Below are positions 60,978-64,000 of a stretch of 64,000 nt of DNA, piece after piece. How positions within the stretch are numbered: the stretch's first letter is position 1; the number at the start of each line of letters is the position of its first letter. A program made the translations under genes and the position numbers. The DNA comes from a virus. Its lineage: Duplodnaviria > Caudoviricetes. The notes below the pieces were generated by a model. It was not told the origin of the DNA. It saw only the letters and a program-made list of their open reading frames with translations, and searched no databases. The stretch covers positions 38,246 to 102,245 of the IMG/VR virus record IMGVR_UViG_2883497546_000001. One strand, written 5' to 3'.

Positions 60978-61259
60978 TCAGACGAGCGCGAGTGTCAGCG
61001 CGAATATCAGGCTGAAGCACAGTGCGGAGAGCGCGAGCCCGAGCCAGAAGGCAATGGCCCCGACCACGGCACCGAGGCAGCTCTGGACCTCCGCGATCTC
61101 GTGCAGGTCCTCGCCCTTATCGCCGTCTCCCTCATCGTCCTCTTCCGCATATTCCAGTTCTTGCTCCTGCTCCTGCTCGTTCATGTAAGCGTTCTCGCGC
61201 TCGTCTTCGTGATTATCTTCGCGTTCGTCCGTCGTGTTCCAGTCAGAGGGATTACTCAT
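60978..61259 (-). CDS. Small acidic protein with C-terminal TM segment
   Basis: 93 aa from ATG 61259. Confidence 0.6.
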   Translation of the reverse strand: MSNPSDWNTTDEREDNHEDERENAYMNEQEQEQELEYAEEDDEGDGDKGEDLHEIAEVQSCLGAVVGAIAFWLGLALSALCFSLIFALTLALV

Positions 61260-61849
61260 AAGTGTGGTGGATTTGAGATTTGAGATTTGAAATTTCAGAA
61301 GGGGATGTCCCGGAGGGCGCCGGCATGGAGGGGCGTCGTGGCCCTGGTGTGGAGATGGGTGGTGGTTCGCAACCGCCCCTTTCTTTGCAGGGGAGGATGC
61401 CTCGAAGGCGGATGCCGGTTGCAACCACAGCAGCAGCATCAACTTCTTCTTCTCGCTGACTGCCTGCCACCCATCTCGGGCGGCGTTGGTTTCTCAGTCT
61501 AGTCTACGTGAGCAGCTCTACGGTCACTCACGCACGGCCGCGCGACTGCGCAGCGCCTCTCCGGGACAAATGGGATGATGGTTGATAGTCCATGGTTGAT
61601 AGTTGATAGCCTGATGGTGAAGGAGGTTAGGCGTCCCCGCCTGACAGCGGTCGTTAGGCCTCCGGCCTGACGTTTGGAGCATTGCTCGCCTCGCAAGGAG
61701 AGCACCCGTCCTGATGTGTGGTCACCTGCGTGGGATTCAACACAGAGGGCACGGAGACACAGAAACACAGAGTATTTGTAAAGAGCCGGTCAGGCCCTCA
61801 GTAACTCAGGCTATCAGCTATCAACCATAGACCATCAACCCTCGCAGCC

Positions 61850-61984
61850 TTACCCCCTCCACAGCATCTGCCACAGCCGGCGGCCGAGAAGGATGGCGGC
61901 GAAAAGCATGAGGAGCGCGACCGGCCACGGCGCCGTGATGGGGTCCAGCGCATAGAGAAGGTGAAGCATGGTGTAGGAGAACAT
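61850..61984 (-). CDS. 44-aa hydrophobic peptide
   Basis: MFSYTMLHLLYALDPITAPWPVALLMLFAAILLGRRLWQMLWRG; below the ORF-track cutoff; co-oriented. Confidence 0.45.
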   Translation of the reverse strand: MFSYTMLHLLYALDPITAPWPVALLMLFAAILLGRRLWQMLWRG

Positions 61985-62027
61985 GAGAGGATCGGGTGGA
62001 GTTCAGTGATGGAGTGATGGCTGCGGG

Positions 62028-62513
62028 TCAGGCCGCCTGTGTTGCCTGCCTGCCGCGGCGGCTGGGAGAGGGAAGGGGAGTGGCGGGTGCGCCTGCGCCT
62101 GCGCCTGTGCGTGCCTTCGCGCCATCCGTCCCCTTGCTCCTATTTCTGCTCTTCCGCGTGCCTGCGGCCTTCGGGGTGGCGGCCACCACGCCTTCCTTGC
62201 GCCGGCGCGAGTTTACCATGGGCAGGCCGTACTCCGCCTTCTTGCGGTCCTCCTGTTTGACTGCGCCCTCCTGGATGAGCCAGTGCACCGCTTCGCGAAT
62301 GGTGAAGCCGCGGCCACGGAGCTCCGCATACACCGGCCAGAGCGTGCTCCAGCGGCCCACAGGTCCGGTCTTGCGCTTCGCCCATTGGGGCTGCGCCTGG
62401 GCTGCCTGTGCCTTCAGGGTGGCCGAAGACGCGGCGGTGGCCGTGTTGGTCGTGGCGGCCGTGGTGGGTTGATCGTTCATTGGAGTGTTATCGAGAAGGT
62501 TATCGTGCTGCAT
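62028..62513 (-). CDS. Phage hypothetical basic protein, possibly DNA-binding
   Basis: TAATG overlap with the upstream gene; LWPVYAELRGRGFTIREAVHWL. Confidence 0.6.
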   Translation of the reverse strand: MQHDNLLDNTPMNDQPTTAATTNTATAASSATLKAQAAQAQPQWAKRKTGPVGRWSTLWPVYAELRGRGFTIREAVHWLIQEGAVKQEDRKKAEYGLPMVNSRRRKEGVVAATPKAAGTRKSRNRSKGTDGAKARTGAGAGAPATPLPSPSRRGRQATQAA

Positions 62514-62896
62514 TATCTCTTCCCCTTCGTGGGCGTTTGCGTGATGGCCTGGCGCAAGCTGGCTGGGGCAGAGGCAGGGGACTTGCCTCGTGAGCTCGCT
62601 CCCTCTCGCGGGCGTGTGCCTGCGTGGCCGCTGCTGTTTCTGCTGCTCCGTCGCCGTGGTGCGGTGCCATCCGCCCACACGCCGTCCCAAATCTTGTCCG
62701 CCAGGTGCGTGGCCTGCGCATAGGGCACCGGCAGGCGCACCCCACTGCGCAGGATGATTTCATGCCGCGCTCCGCGTCCCGTGCCGATGCGTACCGCCGC
62801 CACCTCACACGCAGAGATGGCATAGCACCCGCTGTAGATGGAACCCGACGCGCCGCCACGGAGTGGAGGTGGGTCGCTGATAGGATGGTGTAGCAT
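62513..62896 (-). CDS. Phage hypothetical protein, paralogue of 62967-63272
   Basis: ISACEVAAVR..EIILRSGVRLPV. Confidence 0.55.
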   Translation of the reverse strand: MLHHPISDPPPLRGGASGSIYSGCYAISACEVAAVRIGTGRGARHEIILRSGVRLPVPYAQATHLADKIWDGVWADGTAPRRRSSRNSSGHAGTRPREGASSRGKSPASAPASLRQAITQTPTKGKR

Positions 62897-62966
62897 AAAT
62901 GGATGGAAATGGTGGTCGTGCAGGTATCAACGTGGGTCCTTCATGGGGAGGGCAGCTGCAGCGACC

Positions 62967-63272
62967 TCAGCTGACGATTTCGAACAGCCCATTCCGGAAG
63001 GTCGGGTCGTTCACGGCAAATTTTTCCACGCGCAGGAGATTCTCCCTTATGGCCACAGCCTCTGCGTAGGTGAGCGGGACAGTGATGCCGGAACAGAGAA
63101 TCAATTCATTCCCCTCCACTCCGGGTTTCGCGCTCACGCGGAGCAGAGCCACTTCGGCAGGGTTCAGCATGATGCCAGTGTCAGTCCGTCCTGTGCGACG
63201 CGCCGTGCTGAGCGCAGGGCCCGAGGCGGAGGTGGTGGCCATCGCAGAAGGGTGGCTGGTGCGCGTGCTCAT
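62967..63272 (-). CDS. Phage hypothetical protein
   Basis: LNPAEVALLR..ELILCSGITVPL; ATGA overlap with the upstream gene. Confidence 0.6.
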   Translation of the reverse strand: MSTRTSHPSAMATTSASGPALSTARRTGRTDTGIMLNPAEVALLRVSAKPGVEGNELILCSGITVPLTYAEAVAIRENLLRVEKFAVNDPTFRNGLFEIVS

Positions 63273-63724
63273 GCCCTTCCTCCTTTCCGCTTCATTCCCC
63301 TGCTCGTGCTCGCACGCGCATTCACACGCGTGCGCGCTTCCGCAGCGCGCGGCTCCTCGGTGGCAGCCGGGAGAGCGTCGCCAGCCGTGGCCAGATGCGC
63401 GCTCGCTGCCGCAGATCCACGCGCCCGCTTCGCACCGTCATGCGCTCCCTTCTTTTCCTGGAGGGAAGGGCGGGCATCACCCGCGTCGGCATCATCGCCC
63501 GCATGGCTGAGGTTCGCATTCGCCTTCGCAGTCGCCTGCTTCCGCGCAGCCACATGTGCGGCGTACGAGTCAGAGCCGGCAGGCATCGGATTCCGCCGCA
63601 TGGCCTGGATGGCCAGCAGCCGGAGTTGCTGCCCCTTGGCCCGACCCTCCCGCCTGGCCAGCGCTGCCAGAGCGGCGTGCTCCGGAGCCTCCAGCGGGGT
63701 ATTGACATACACAATTGCATTCAT
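63269..63724 (-). CDS. Ribbon-helix-helix-like regulator (first early gene)
   Basis: YVNTPL strand then EHAALAALARREGRAKGQQLRLL helices. Confidence 0.6.
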   Translation of the reverse strand: MNAIVYVNTPLEAPEHAALAALARREGRAKGQQLRLLAIQAMRRNPMPAGSDSYAAHVAARKQATAKANANLSHAGDDADAGDARPSLQEKKGAHDGAKRARGSAAASAHLATAGDALPAATEEPRAAEARTRVNARASTSRGMKRKGGRA

Positions 63725-63729
63725 AGTTC

Positions 63730-63812
63730 GGTGTATAGACACCTAATACACGGGTGCCTATACACCCGCAAGAAATTTGTTGAAGAATCTTTTCAAAGGG
63801 TGTCGAGTCACC
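63730..63812. promoter_or_regulatory. Three GGTG-N6-CACC operator-like sites in a divergent promoter region
   Basis: GGTGTATAGACACC at 63730-63743, GGTGCCTATACACC at 63753-63766, GGTGTCGAGTCACC at 63799-63812. Confidence 0.65.
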
Positions 63813-63814
63813 GC

Positions 63815-64000
63815 ATGCCCAATCAGAGAAAAGCCGGGAAACGCATGGTCGGCTTCTACGCCACCGAAGAGGAAGCCACCGCCATGATGGAGGCCGCCAG
63901 GCGCGAGGGAAAAACCCTCGCCGACTGGCTCCGCGCGCTCATCCCCGACGAGGGGAAAAAGGCCACCGGCGCCAAGTCCACGAAGAAGAAATCTCAGTAG
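63815..64000 (+). CDS. Ribbon-helix-helix-like repressor (61 aa), divergent from the early operon
   Basis: RMVGFYATEEEATAMMEAARREGKTLADWLRALI fits the RHH pattern. Confidence 0.7.
   Translation: MPNQRKAGKRMVGFYATEEEATAMMEAARREGKTLADWLRALIPDEGKKATGAKSTKKKSQ

Overview
GC-rich bacterial chromosomal window. The REP types, C-rich start contexts without Shine-Dalgarno sites and heptamer microsatellites suggest a Verrucomicrobia/PVC-type host (inference). It holds a fragmented, partly inverted BPP-1/T7-like podophage remnant. The head block (scaffold, Bbp19-like, portal, two gp7.3-like genes) is on the - strand at 2.6-9.1 kb. terS/terL are on the + strand at 15.9-18.6 kb. The replication/early block (DnaC-like ATPase, DUF1376 initiator, Lar-like Zn ribbon, RHH switch) is at 56.5-64 kb. 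No major capsid, tail, integrase or reverse transcriptase gene is visible. The dominant feature is a 37-kb co-oriented array (19037-56376) of 42 intact paralogues plus one leader-only stub, lying between terL and the replication genes. They encode mostly 165-230 aa single-pass membrane proteins with a near-constant 5' leader (MSRRTKL-TM-WxPxNPLRF, conserved at DNA level) and a highly diverged extracytoplasmic beta-rich domain. The spacer downstream of a gene tracks with that gene's subfamily, which points to cassette shuffling by crossover in the constant leader. A second family of 8 small Trp-rich membrane proteins, many REP/REPIN/MITE-like elements and stop-codon-bearing heptamer tracts fill the intergenic space. 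All calls come from reading the sequence and recognising motifs; no database searches were run, and repeat boundaries are approximate to a few bases.
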